This document shows positions 53,557-63,070 of a stretch of DNA of 64,000 nucleotides, in pieces. This DNA comes from an uncultured delta proteobacterium (lineage in GTDB: Bacteria > Desulfobacterota > Zymogenia > Zymogenales > Zymogenaceae): assembly GCA_963735595.1 (NCBI GenBank), contig CAVTLK010000001.1:256001-320000 (forward strand), given 5' to 3'. The notes beneath the pieces were generated by a model. It saw only the letters and a program-made list of their open reading frames with translations. It made no database searches and was not told where the DNA came from. Positions within the stretch are counted from its first letter, which is position 1. The number at the start of each line of letters is the position of its first letter. The position numbers were made by a program, and so were the translations under genes.

Positions 53557-54079
53557 ATGTTTAAGCGAATCATGGTCCCTGTTGAGACCAAGGAAAAATC
53601 AGAGGTAGCCATCAAGATCGCTTACGATATGGCGGAGCTGCATAAGTCTGAAGTAATCCTGTTTAACGTTATAAACCCGAAGAGCCTCACGGTTGAAAGG
53701 GAACCTGAAGAGCCAATGGAAGAAGGCGAGGAGGAGTCGGGCGGATCGCAAGAAGCTAAACAGGAAGCTCGAGGAAGAGATTCAGGAGACCCTTACGGAT
53801 ATTCAGCGGGAAGAGCGGCGTAAGGCTCTCGAAGAAGACCGCTACAAGATGCTCTATTCGATCAAACGGACCGCTCCCAACGACAGGATGAAGGTCTTTA
53901 TCGATATCGTCGAGGGGGACCCCGCCACGAAGATCAGCGAGATGGCCCGGAAAAACAAGGTCGATCTCATCATCATGCCCAAGTCGGGCAAGATCGGTCC
54001 CCGGAGGGTCCTTGTTGGAGACATCGCCCTCAAGGTGGCCGAGATTACCGAGATCCCTTTGATGATGATTTCCTCGTAG
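53557..54079 (+). CDS. Universal stress protein (frameshift ~53700)
   Basis: N-terminal MFKRIMVPV; C-terminal EGDPATKI...VDLIIM...LVGDIALKV in the next frame. Confidence 0.8.
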
Positions 54080-54244
54080 GGGTCTGTCCCCGTAAATTCA
54101 AGCGGCGTCCCACACGCAGGGCCGCCTCTGTCCGCGGCAAGAATCCCCATGTGGGGGCGGGCAGGGCGGTCATTTGTTTTTTGGCGGGAAAGATTTGCTT
54201 GATTATTTTCCGTATGTCTCGGTAGAATACAAAAGTTGGATTTT

Positions 54245-54901
54245 ATGGATTCGAGTCAGGTTGATCGTATTATGACACGGCGTTATACGGGGTGGGCGGC
54301 CCGGCGGTGGGCGGCGGCGGCATTGATTTTCTGTCTCATGGTCCCGGGCGCGTTTGCACAGGAGAAGCTGAAAAGCGTCTGGGTCAAGGCCGACGAATTG
54401 CTGACCCAGAAACAATACGAAGAGGCGGTAAAGCTTTACTCTATCGCCATCGAGATGAACTTAGATGATCCGGATATTTATAACGCCTATTTCCACCGCG
54501 CACAAGCGTTCCTGGAGTTGGACAAGGTTGCCGAGGCGCTTGCCGACTATACGAAGACGATACGGCTTAACCCGAGTTTTCCTAATGCTTACAGATACAG
54601 AGGCATCATCTATTTTGAAACCGGCCGGTACACCGATGCCGTCAACGACTTCTCCCGTTTTATCGAGTTAGAGCCGGATAAAACGTTCGGTTATGTGAAT
54701 AGAGGAAGTGCACTCGGGAAGATAGGGAATTACGACAAGGCCCTGGCCGATTTTAATACGTCGATTCAGCTCGATCCCACCTGTGCGGAATGTTATTATT
54801 ACAGATTCATGGTATTTACGGCCCTGGAAAGGGACTCGGAGGCCGAACTCGACCTGAAGAAGGCCCAATCCCTTGATTCCCGGTATAAAGGAGATAAGTG
54901 A
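54245..54901 (+). CDS. Exported TPR protein
   Basis: Signal peptide (AFA-Q) and TPR repeats (AYFHRA, AYRYRG, YVNRG). Confidence 0.85.
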   Translation: MDSSQVDRIMTRRYTGWAARRWAAAALIFCLMVPGAFAQEKLKSVWVKADELLTQKQYEEAVKLYSIAIEMNLDDPDIYNAYFHRAQAFLELDKVAEALADYTKTIRLNPSFPNAYRYRGIIYFETGRYTDAVNDFSRFIELEPDKTFGYVNRGSALGKIGNYDKALADFNTSIQLDPTCAECYYYRFMVFTALERDSEAELDLKKAQSLDSRYKGDK

Positions 54902-54902
54902 C

Positions 54903-55427
54903 ATGGCAAACGAGGAAAAAACGGCCTCACCCGAGACGGTCGCCGTACCGACAAAGCCGAAGCGATCCGGCATTAAATATTGCTGCGCAGCCTGCGGCAT
55001 CTTTCTGTTCCTTATCGTGGGTGGACTCCTGCTTTCGTTCCTCCTGCTCGAACGGTCGTGCGAGTCCTCGTTCAAGATGCCCGAGATCCCGAGTATATTC
55101 AACCCGTCGCCGAGCGTTACGGTACCGTCCGGCCCCTGGGAGGCCGAAGACTTCTCCAATCTCCCCGAGTACGTGATCCTCGAGAGGTATCGGGATAACC
55201 TCAACATCGGGGTAAGGCCGGATGCGGCCGAAGACGACCTCAAGAAGCTCAATAAGTACCTTGCCCAGACCTATTTTATGGGCTTTACGGTCTTCAACGT
55301 CGCCTACTTCAACAAGGACAACCCGCAGGAGCTGATCGCGGTCTATAACTACAACAGCTTTTCCCGGACGGATAATTTCACCATGATGGAGCCGGTCCCG
55401 GGAGAGAGATACCCGGCGGCGCAATAA
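54903..55427 (+). CDS. Hypothetical single-pass membrane protein
   Basis: One hydrophobic helix after KYCCAACG; codon usage like the neighbours; no family recognised. Confidence 0.6.
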   Translation: MANEEKTASPETVAVPTKPKRSGIKYCCAACGIFLFLIVGGLLLSFLLLERSCESSFKMPEIPSIFNPSPSVTVPSGPWEAEDFSNLPEYVILERYRDNLNIGVRPDAAEDDLKKLNKYLAQTYFMGFTVFNVAYFNKDNPQELIAVYNYNSFSRTDNFTMMEPVPGERYPAAQ

Positions 55428-55524
55428 CTGGGGGGGAGCGGCGCGTCAACGGATTTGTTGCGGAGATTCGTCTTCCGGGATTAGCTTATTATTGAAATAG
55501 GATATTACTTTTTCGAGGAATCCA

Positions 55525-56580
55525 ATGCCAAAACAAATCCAGATCGTCGGGGCAGGGCTCTCGGGACTGACGGCGGCCGTCATCCTTGCCCGGGAAGGCC
55601 ATAAGGTAACCGTCCTCGAGGCCCAAAAACAGATCGGCGGGCCCGCCTCGCTGCACCCGTCAGTCCACGGGACGCCCGTCCAGCTCAAGGAGCTTATCGA
55701 GTATACCGGGATCGACTTTACGCCGGTCTTTCGTAAATCGCCGGCATATCCCCGTTTCTACAACAAGACCCGGCTCATCACGATGCCCTCCTACACGAAG
55801 TATAACGAAGCCTACTGCGTGGAACGGGGGCCGCGACCGACTTCGGCGGACAACTATCTCTATAAGCTGGCGAAAGAGGCGGGCGTAACGTTCGAGTTCG
55901 GCCGGCGGGTGGATATCAGGAAGCTCGCCCCCGGCACCATCGTGGGCACCGGGTTATCGAAGAAGGAGTTCGACGACCTCGGCATCGCGTACGAGCAGCT
56001 CTACGGGTGGTGGTCGTATAAGGAGATACCCGAGAAGACCGACGATATCCTCACGATCATGGGGCCGTTTGCCACCGACTACGGCTATATCGGGATCAGC
56101 AACGGCCTGGACTATAACCTCCTGTTTTCACACCGCCCCATCACGCAGGATGATAAGGACGGGTACCGGAAGATCCTCTCCAAACTGGGCATCGGCGGCT
56201 ATCGGGAGCCGTGGCGCGACGAGTCCATGTGCATCCCTTCGGAGGCAAAGCACGTCGTCAACGACCTGATCCTCGCCGGGACCCTCGGCGGCATGATCGA
56301 GCCGTTCTGGGGCTACGGTATCGTCGGGGCGATCGTCTCGGGAAGGGTCGCGGCAAAGACGGCGGTAAACCGCGCCGAGGGGCTCAAGGATTACGAGCGA
56401 TTCACCCGGGGATTTGCCGCGAAATCCGCGCGGCACCGCAAGCTCGTCGCCTACCCGCACCTCGTCAGAAGCGCCATGATCCAGGGAGGGATCGCCTGGA
56501 TGCGGCTGCAGTGCCTGTTTGACAAGAAGCTCGCGACGACGCCGCGAGACCCCGTCAAATGGTTCAGAACGAAGAAGTAG
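55525..56580 (+). CDS. NAD(P)/FAD-dependent oxidoreductase (geranylgeranyl-reductase-like fold)
   Basis: [12 protein letters not shown]...[33 protein letters not shown]. Confidence 0.8.
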   Translation: MPKQIQIVGAGLSGLTAAVILAREGHKVTVLEAQKQIGGPASLHPSVHGTPVQLKELIEYTGIDFTPVFRKSPAYPRFYNKTRLITMPSYTKYNEAYCVERGPRPTSADNYLYKLAKEAGVTFEFGRRVDIRKLAPGTIVGTGLSKKEFDDLGIAYEQLYGWWSYKEIPEKTDDILTIMGPFATDYGYIGISNGLDYNLLFSHRPITQDDKDGYRKILSKLGIGGYREPWRDESMCIPSEAKHVVNDLILAGTLGGMIEPFWGYGIVGAIVSGRVAAKTAVNRAEGLKDYERFTRGFAAKSARHRKLVAYPHLVRSAMIQGGIAWMRLQCLFDKKLATTPRDPVKWFRTKK

Positions 56581-56621
56581 CGGCCGGGATATTCAATTAT
56601 GCCTAAATTATGCCCAGTGGG

Positions 56622-56652
56622 CGGGGGACGCGATGATTCGCGCCCCCGTTTT
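56622..56652 (+). terminator. Intrinsic terminator between convergent genes
   Basis: CGGGGG-a-CGCGA...TCGCG-CCCCCG-TTTT. Confidence 0.6.
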
Positions 56653-56678
56653 ACGGTGGCTCCGATTAACGATGCGTA

Positions 56679-57236
56679 TTACCGGGAATAGAGCCCGGTC
56701 AGTTCTGTCATTACGATGGTTACAACTCCGATATTAGAGAGGAGCTCGTCCTTCGTGGCGCCTTCTTCAAGTTGGGGCTTCGCCAAAAGGGCATACAGCG
56801 TGAAAACATAATGGTGAGTGCCACTCCCGATGGGAGGGCAGGGCCCGCCGTATCCCAGTGAAGAGAAGCTGGTCTTCCCCGAAAGCGCGCCGATCGCTCC
56901 GATCGAGACGCCTTCCGGCAGCCCTGTGGTCTTAGGGTCTATATTATATATCACCCAGTGAACCCAGGGTTTTGCCGCCGCATCGGGGTCGTCCATGATC
57001 AGTGCAAGGGATTTGGCCGACTTCGGGACACCGGACCACGCAAGGGGAGGCGATGTGTTTTCGCCCGTACACGTGTACCGGTCAGGAATCCTCGATCCGT
57101 CGGTAAATGCCGTGCTCGTGAGATTAAACGGGAGATTCTCCTGGGCCCCGGCGGTCACTCCCGCAATAAGGAGCGTCGCAATAATCAGGGCCGAAAGGGT
57201 CAGGGCGATCGTAAATCCATTGTGCTGCGTTCCCAT
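56679..57236 (-). CDS. YbhB/YbcL (PEBP/RKIP-like) exported protein
   Basis: SPPLAW, DDPDA, WVHWVIYNI, GYGGPCPP, HHYVFTLYAL. Confidence 0.93.
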   Translation of the reverse strand: MGTQHNGFTIALTLSALIIATLLIAGVTAGAQENLPFNLTSTAFTDGSRIPDRYTCTGENTSPPLAWSGVPKSAKSLALIMDDPDAAAKPWVHWVIYNIDPKTTGLPEGVSIGAIGALSGKTSFSSLGYGGPCPPIGSGTHHYVFTLYALLAKPQLEEGATKDELLSNIGVVTIVMTELTGLYSR

Positions 57237-57417
57237 GGTAAACCTCCTTCCCATTTGTTATTTTTAAGTATACCAGGTTCCTCTTAATTTCTCAAGGGCA
57301 AGGCGGTGGCCGTTCGTGTTGAGCAATGCGATAGACTCTGTGAATAGACGCCTTGCCCTGTCGGCCAGTTCGGGTGTATAGTACCGATAGGTAATAATCC
57401 CTTCTTAGGAGCAGTAT

Positions 57418-57951
57418 ATGCTGAAGGAAATGAATTGGAAAAACGCCGTTACCATCGCGTCCCCGTACCCCTACCTGCTGGTTACCGGTATGGACAAGGA
57501 CGGGAAACCGAACGCCATGGGCGTGGGGTGGTGGAGCTTTACCTCGATGAATCCTCCCCTGATGCTGGTCTCGATCGGAAAACCGCGCTATACGCTGGAG
57601 TGCATCAGGCACACGAAGGATTTTGTGGCCTGCTTCCCGTCACAGGAACAGGCGCGCGGGGCATGGATGTGCGGGGGCAAAACGGGCAGGGGCAGGGATA
57701 AGCTCACGGAAGCGGGCTTATCGACGATCCCGGCCACAATGGTAAAGGCCCCCATCATTGCCGGGTGTACGGCCGCCTTCGAGTGCAGGGTAGTCAATGA
57801 GGTCGAGACGGGAGATCACATTGTCATAGTCGGCGAGATCGTTGCATGCCACGGCGATCCCGAGAAATCGATGCACCTCTACTCGGTCTTCTACTCACAG
57901 CTGATCGCGATAAACACGGAAGGTACGGTCAATATGGAACCGGGATCATGA
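57418..57951 (+). CDS. Flavin reductase family protein
   Basis: GKPNAM...SMNPP, RDKL, FECRV, GDHIVIVGEI. Confidence 0.9.
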   Translation: MLKEMNWKNAVTIASPYPYLLVTGMDKDGKPNAMGVGWWSFTSMNPPLMLVSIGKPRYTLECIRHTKDFVACFPSQEQARGAWMCGGKTGRGRDKLTEAGLSTIPATMVKAPIIAGCTAAFECRVVNEVETGDHIVIVGEIVACHGDPEKSMHLYSVFYSQLIAINTEGTVNMEPGS

Positions 57952-58061
57952 GGCAAATGGGAATGAGATAACGGAGAAGACGGATGCATGATAGCCTCGG
58001 GCTGAACCGTTGACCGGTCACGCTGCGACGTACCATCGCATAAGACCCAACCAGGCGGGCG

Positions 58062-59690
58062 TTAGTCCCAATCCGTCCGCATGATCACCGTGTCTTTTTT
58101 GAAGCGTATATCGTCTTTTGCGGGATAATCGATGTTGTAGTGAAGCCCGCGGCTTTCTTTTCTATGCTGGGCACACCGTATGATCAGGTCTGCCATGAGG
58201 GCGATGTTCCTCAGCTCGATAAGGTTGCTGGTAATCGTGAAGTTCCAGTAGTATTCATTGATCTCGGCAAACAGCGTGCGTGACCTCCGCGCGGCACGGT
58301 CCAGGCGCTTGTTTGAGCGCACGATGCCCACGTAGTTCCACATAAAACGGCGCACTTCCTCCCAATTTTGCGTGATCACGACCTCTTCGTCGCTATCGAG
58401 CGCGCCTTTCGGATCCCACGGCGGGGCGGACGGAAGGCCTTTTTCCGTCTGTTTAACCTGCTCGAGCTCTTCGGCGGCCGCAATCGAGGCGCGGTGTGCG
58501 TAAACCACCGCCTCCAACAGGGAATTCGAAGCAAGCCGGTTTGCCCCATGCAAACCCGTGCACGAAACCTCACCCCCGGCATACAGACCCGGTACGGTCG
58601 TGCGCCCGTTCAGATCAACGACCACCCCGCCGCACATATAGTGGGCGGCCGGCACCACCGGTATCGGCTGCTTGGTCATATCAATCCCGAACCCTTTACA
58701 GGTCCTGTAGATATTCGGAAACCGTTCCTTAATGAACGAGGGATCCTTGTGAGTAATATCGAGGAATACGCAGTCGTCGCCGCTCTTCTTGAGCTCCATG
58801 TCTATCGAGCGGGCGACGAGGTCGCGGGGGGCGAGGTCCCGTTTTTCGCTATACCGCTTCATAAAGGCCTCGCCATTGCGCAGCCGAAGGATCCCTCCCT
58901 CGCCGCGGACGGCCTCCGAGATCAGGAACGATTTCGCCGCCGGGTGATAGAGGCAGGTGGGGTGGAACTGAACAAATTCGAGATTCGCAATATCGGCCCC
59001 CACACGGTAGGCCATCGCGATGCCGTCGCCACTGGCGATGTCAGGATTCGAGGTATACAGATAAACCTTACCGGCGCCGCCGCTCGCCAGGAATGTAACC
59101 CTTCCGAGAAAGGACTTCACGACATTCGTAATTCGATCCAGGGCATAGGCCCCCCAAACCCGTGTTGGGACGATCGGCTTTTCCCTTATGGTTCGATCCG
59201 TGATGAGGTTAACGGCTATATGATTTTCAAAAATATTAATATTGTCGGTCTCTCGTACCCGTTTAATGAGCGCCCGCTCTATCTCCGCTCCGGTGAGGTC
59301 TTTCGCATGGATAATGCGGCGCTTCGTATGTCCGCCCTCCATGCCCAGGTCGTACGTAAGGGAGCCGCCTTCGCGTTTCATGGAAAAATGGGCGCCGATC
59401 TGGGATAGCTGCCTGATCATCTCAGGCCCGGTTGTCACAACCATGCGCACAACGTCCTCATGACAGATATCGGCACCGCACGTTAGGGTATCGGCGATAT
59501 GAAGATCATACGAATCGAGCTCGCCCATGACCGAGGCGATCCCCCCCTGGGCGTAGTTTGTATTGGATTCTTTATCTTCTTTCTTCGTGATGATAGCAAC
59601 GCTCCCCGTCCGGGCTGCCTTGAGGGCAAAAGAAAGGCCGGCGATACCGCTGCCTATGACCAAATAATCATACCGAAGGGTGGTATTCAT
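58062..59690 (-). CDS. nadB: L-aspartate oxidase
   Basis: IGSGIAGL, YAQGGIA, EGGH, QFHPT, LISEAVRGEG, AHYMCGG, GLHGANRLASNSLLE, ESRGLHY. Confidence 0.97.
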   Translation of the reverse strand: MNTTLRYDYLVIGSGIAGLSFALKAARTGSVAIITKKEDKESNTNYAQGGIASVMGELDSYDLHIADTLTCGADICHEDVVRMVVTTGPEMIRQLSQIGAHFSMKREGGSLTYDLGMEGGHTKRRIIHAKDLTGAEIERALIKRVRETDNINIFENHIAVNLITDRTIREKPIVPTRVWGAYALDRITNVVKSFLGRVTFLASGGAGKVYLYTSNPDIASGDGIAMAYRVGADIANLEFVQFHPTCLYHPAAKSFLISEAVRGEGGILRLRNGEAFMKRYSEKRDLAPRDLVARSIDMELKKSGDDCVFLDITHKDPSFIKERFPNIYRTCKGFGIDMTKQPIPVVPAAHYMCGGVVVDLNGRTTVPGLYAGGEVSCTGLHGANRLASNSLLEAVVYAHRASIAAAEELEQVKQTEKGLPSAPPWDPKGALDSDEEVVITQNWEEVRRFMWNYVGIVRSNKRLDRAARRSRTLFAEINEYYWNFTITSNLIELRNIALMADLIIRCAQHRKESRGLHYNIDYPAKDDIRFKKDTVIMRTDWD

Positions 59691-59760
59691 GAATATACCC
59701 AAAAAAGTGTTTTTACTCCTTATACTAATATGATATATATACGGGTGAGTCAAGTGGCAA

Positions 59761-59789
59761 TTGACATCGGAGAAATATTCCTGTATTCT
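59761..59789 (+). promoter_or_regulatory. Sigma70-type promoter divergent from nadB
   Basis: TTGACA-17 nt-TATTCT. Confidence 0.6.
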
Positions 59790-59795
59790 TCTCAT

Positions 59796-59997
59796 GTGGG
59801 AGCTTGCGTCCCAATTGCTCCGACGGGTCGGAAACAACGTTGGGAGTCGGCCGGATCGGAAGAGAGAAAAGGCGGCCGTTCATAAGGGCCACTATGGCCG
59901 AGGTTCAGGAAAGCACGATACGTCTGCCAGATCCCAAAAAGGGTAAGAATCCGGCGGATGAGGGAAAGCCGCGTAAGATAAAAAAAGCTTGTTTTTT
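59796..59997 (+). ncRNA. Candidate structured ncRNA or leader (family not recognised)
   Basis: Follows the promoter; four hairpins enclosed by a 5'/3' closing stem; GC-rich island in AT-rich flanks. Confidence 0.35.
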
Positions 59998-60067
59998 GCC
60001 TTTCCTTATACTAAACTATACATAAGTTTTGGGTATTTTATACAAAGTTATATAGATTTATAAGGAA

Positions 60068-60677
60068 ATGATGAAAGCTCACCGCTTAGTTTCGCTACTC
60101 GTATTCCTTATATTCCTCGGTTCTGCGGATTGGGCGCGTGCGGATTTCTACCGTAAATACGACGCCGACGGTACGGTTATCTTTACAAACGTCCCGACGA
60201 CAGGCGGCTTTACGATGATATTCGACGAGTATGAAGAAGAGTACGTTACGTACGATCAATACTACTATTCGACTAATACATATGATAGCATCGTCAACAA
60301 CGCGGCAATTATTTACGGGGTTGATTCCGCATTGATCAAAGCGGTCATAAAGACAGAATCGAATTTTGATCCGTATGCCGTTTCGAACATGGGGGCATGC
60401 GGGTTGATGCAGCTTATCCCGGGGACGGCGGCCCGTTTCGGAGTCGCGGATGTCTTTGATCCGAAGGATAATATATACGGCGGCACGCAGTATCTCGGCT
60501 GGCTTACGACCTATTTTAAAGGCGACCTCGAGCTCGGTGTTGGCTGCCTATAACGCGGGCGAACACGCCGTTGAAAAATATAACAATCAAATCCCTCCGT
60601 ATAAGGAAACAATCAACTACGTTAAGAAGGTTTTTAAATTTCTCGACTACTATAAGAGTAGGCCGTTGAGCCTCTAA
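60068..60677 (+). CDS. Lytic transglycosylase (SLT) with N-terminal DUF4124-like segment (frameshift ~60537)
   Basis: DFYRKYDADGTVIFTNVP; AVIKTESNF, GLMQL, then LAAYNAG and ETINYV in the next frame. Confidence 0.88.
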
Positions 60678-60689
60678 TAAGACGATCCA

Positions 60690-62054
60690 TTGACGACACC
60701 TCAAGATAAATTTATACGGGAAGAAGAGTTTCTCAGACTCTTTAAAAAGGCCAGGAAAGAGCTTGACGACGGAAATATACGATCGGCCGTTGACCATCTC
60801 GAGAAAGCGTATGCCCTCTCTCCAAACAGTGAAGGCGTGGAAAACCTTCTCGGGATACTCTATTTCCGGCTCGAAGACTACCGAAAGGCGGAGGATATCT
60901 ATCTAAAACTAACAAAGAAGAATCCCTCCGTTTTTACGCTGAGGACGAACCTCGGCCTTATCTATTTCAAAGAAAAGAGATATGTTGATTCCCTCAGGGA
61001 ACTCGACAAGGCGACCAGGCTTAAACCGGACTACGCACGCGCACATAACTATCTCGGTCTCGTTTATGTGGAGCTTGGGAAGTACCGGCAGGCCCGGGAA
61101 GAGTTCCTGAGGGCCGGCTCCCGCCTCATGGCCAAAAAAATGGAAAACATCATTGCCGGGGCCATGAACGCGGATGTGATCCAAAAAAGCTACCGCAACA
61201 AAGAGAGTAAACCCGCGGACGAACAGGATGCGGAGGTTACTCAATTTATCCTGGACCCGGAGCTCAGGAAAATACTTGACGATCTTGAGGGAGTTGAGGC
61301 AAGCCGGTCCCCCGCTGAAAGCGCCCCGGCCAATGTCGAGCACATACGGCTTGATCTCGGAAAAGAGGGAATGATCGAGGCCAGCGCCCTCAAAGATCCG
61401 ATATTTACGCCGCATAAAACGAAGTCCCCGGGTAAACAGGAACCATATTCGGCATTCACGTTGGGTCTGACAAAAAGGGATACCGGGTTTGACGCCAATA
61501 ACCTCCTTAATGTATATTTCACGGTTGGGACATTCAGCAGGGTAGGGGGGCTGGTTGCCGCCGAAGGCAAGCATGAGTTTTCCCCCGCTCGGCGCCGGCA
61601 CAAAGGGAAGTTTACGGAATACCAACTGGGGGGAAGCACCGATCCCGTTATGAAGATAGCCGGCGAGGGAATACTCCTGTTGTCTTCGGGCGAGAAACGA
61701 ATTATACTGGTATCGGTCTCTCCAGATGAAAATATATATGTGAAGGAAGACGCGCTTTTTTCCTTCCAATCCACGATCTCATGGGAAAACGGAACGATAA
61801 ATATCGGCCCAAAGGACAAAATCGAACTTGTACAACTTTCAGGTGAAGGCGTTGTCGCACTGATGTCACAAACTGCGCCGTCGATACGGGAGCTCTCCGA
61901 AGGCAAACCCGTAAGGATAGCCAAAACGGCGCTCATCGGATGGCAGGGAAAGGTTACCCCAAAAATCATCGCGCAAGAGAATACAAAGTGGGGTAAAGAG
62001 GCGGAGGTTTATTTTATCGAGTTTACCGGAAAAGGGAAAATAATCATTGAATAG
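60690..62054 (+). CDS. TPR + AIM24 (DUF124)-like domain protein
   Basis: N-terminal TPRs (NLLGILY, NLGLIY, HNYLGLVY); C-terminal beta-rich repeats (GEGILLL, YVKEDALFSF, LSGEGVVAL, FTGKGKIII). Confidence 0.75.
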   Translation: MTTPQDKFIREEEFLRLFKKARKELDDGNIRSAVDHLEKAYALSPNSEGVENLLGILYFRLEDYRKAEDIYLKLTKKNPSVFTLRTNLGLIYFKEKRYVDSLRELDKATRLKPDYARAHNYLGLVYVELGKYRQAREEFLRAGSRLMAKKMENIIAGAMNADVIQKSYRNKESKPADEQDAEVTQFILDPELRKILDDLEGVEASRSPAESAPANVEHIRLDLGKEGMIEASALKDPIFTPHKTKSPGKQEPYSAFTLGLTKRDTGFDANNLLNVYFTVGTFSRVGGLVAAEGKHEFSPARRRHKGKFTEYQLGGSTDPVMKIAGEGILLLSSGEKRIILVSVSPDENIYVKEDALFSFQSTISWENGTINIGPKDKIELVQLSGEGVVALMSQTAPSIRELSEGKPVRIAKTALIGWQGKVTPKIIAQENTKWGKEAEVYFIEFTGKGKIIIE

Positions 62055-62055
62055 A

Positions 62056-62649
62056 ATGCTTAATCGGGGTACTAACCTGAACCTCCCAAACGTCTTGACG
62101 ACGTTTAGGTTTCTCGTAATTCCGATCGTCATTGTCCTGATGAAATCAAATAGCCTGGCTCTCAACCTCGTTGCGGCGGTTCTCTTCCTGGTGGCGTCAC
62201 TTACCGATATCGTGGACGGCCATATCGCCCGGAAGTACAATATCGTAACGAACATGGGTAAAATCCTCGATCCACTGGCCGACAAGGTGATGGTTCTCAT
62301 CGTCTTGATTATGCTCATTCCGATGGATAGGGTTCCTGCGTTGGTGGTTGCCCTCATCGTACTGCGTGAGACCGCGGTAACAAGCCTGCGCGCAGTAGCC
62401 GCCGCCGATGGGATTGTAATATCCGCAAGCCCCCTCGGGAAGTTTAAGAATATGTTTCAGGTGATATTTACCTTATTCCTCATCATGTACCACACGTTTA
62501 CCATACCGATCACTCCCCGTTTTTCGTTCATCCTGGACTTCCGGACCTCGGGCATGATCCTTATGTGGATCGCACTCTTCTTGACCCTCTGGTCGGGCGT
62601 CGACTATTTTGTGAGATTCTACATCAGCAGCTCAAAGCCTGCAAAATAG
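62056..62649 (+). CDS. pgsA: CDP-diacylglycerol--glycerol-3-phosphate 3-phosphatidyltransferase
   Basis: NLPNVLT, TDIVDGHIAR, GKILDPLADK, GKFK. Confidence 0.96.
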   Translation: MLNRGTNLNLPNVLTTFRFLVIPIVIVLMKSNSLALNLVAAVLFLVASLTDIVDGHIARKYNIVTNMGKILDPLADKVMVLIVLIMLIPMDRVPALVVALIVLRETAVTSLRAVAAADGIVISASPLGKFKNMFQVIFTLFLIMYHTFTIPITPRFSFILDFRTSGMILMWIALFLTLWSGVDYFVRFYISSSKPAK

Positions 62650-62817
62650 TACCGTAACGCCCCATTATCCGTAAAATAGATGGAACGTTTCGGTATAACC
62701 ACTATCTAAAAAAGCGTTGACAAAAGATACGGAATGCTGTTAGTATTTTCTGTTAGCGGGATACTAATCTGGCGCGTTCGGCGTAAAACAGGGTGCGATA
62801 TCGACCATAGACCATAA

Positions 62818-62841
62818 CCTATTGGCCTATTGGCCTATTGG
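62818..62841. repeat. 8-bp tandem repeat x3 (CCTATTGG)
   Basis: Direct observation. Confidence 0.9.
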
Positions 62842-63070
62842 CGGATCTCTATAGGTCCCAGGAGCCATATAACACCCGATAGAGGCCTTGTTAGGACGTT
62901 TTATTTTTGCCCAAATCGTAAAAAAGTGACATAAATATCCCATAAAAGTTATTACTTGCTTGATTTTCTAAAAAAGTGTGTTATATTCTTTTACAAGAAC
63001 CGATAGGGACATCCTATTCGGACGACAGGCGAGCGATTTCGTAACGTACTGAGATTCACAGGAGACTGAG

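Noticed and set aside
59797..59815. Minus-strand GGGACGCAAGC resembling the c-di-GMP-I riboswitch core
   Set aside because: No upstream GCAAA/GNRA-capped P1 arrangement; the match is too short.
59944..59972. AGAATCCGGC and GAGGGAAAGCC resembling RNase P RNA conserved regions
   Set aside because: Wrong order and spacing, and the region is too short for RNase P RNA.
62650..62760. Expected tRNA gene or integration site after pgsA
   Set aside because: No cloverleaf or T-loop GTTCRA motif and no integrase in view.
62818..62841. CCTATTGG x3 as a CRISPR remnant
   Set aside because: 8-bp units, no spacers, no cas genes in the window.
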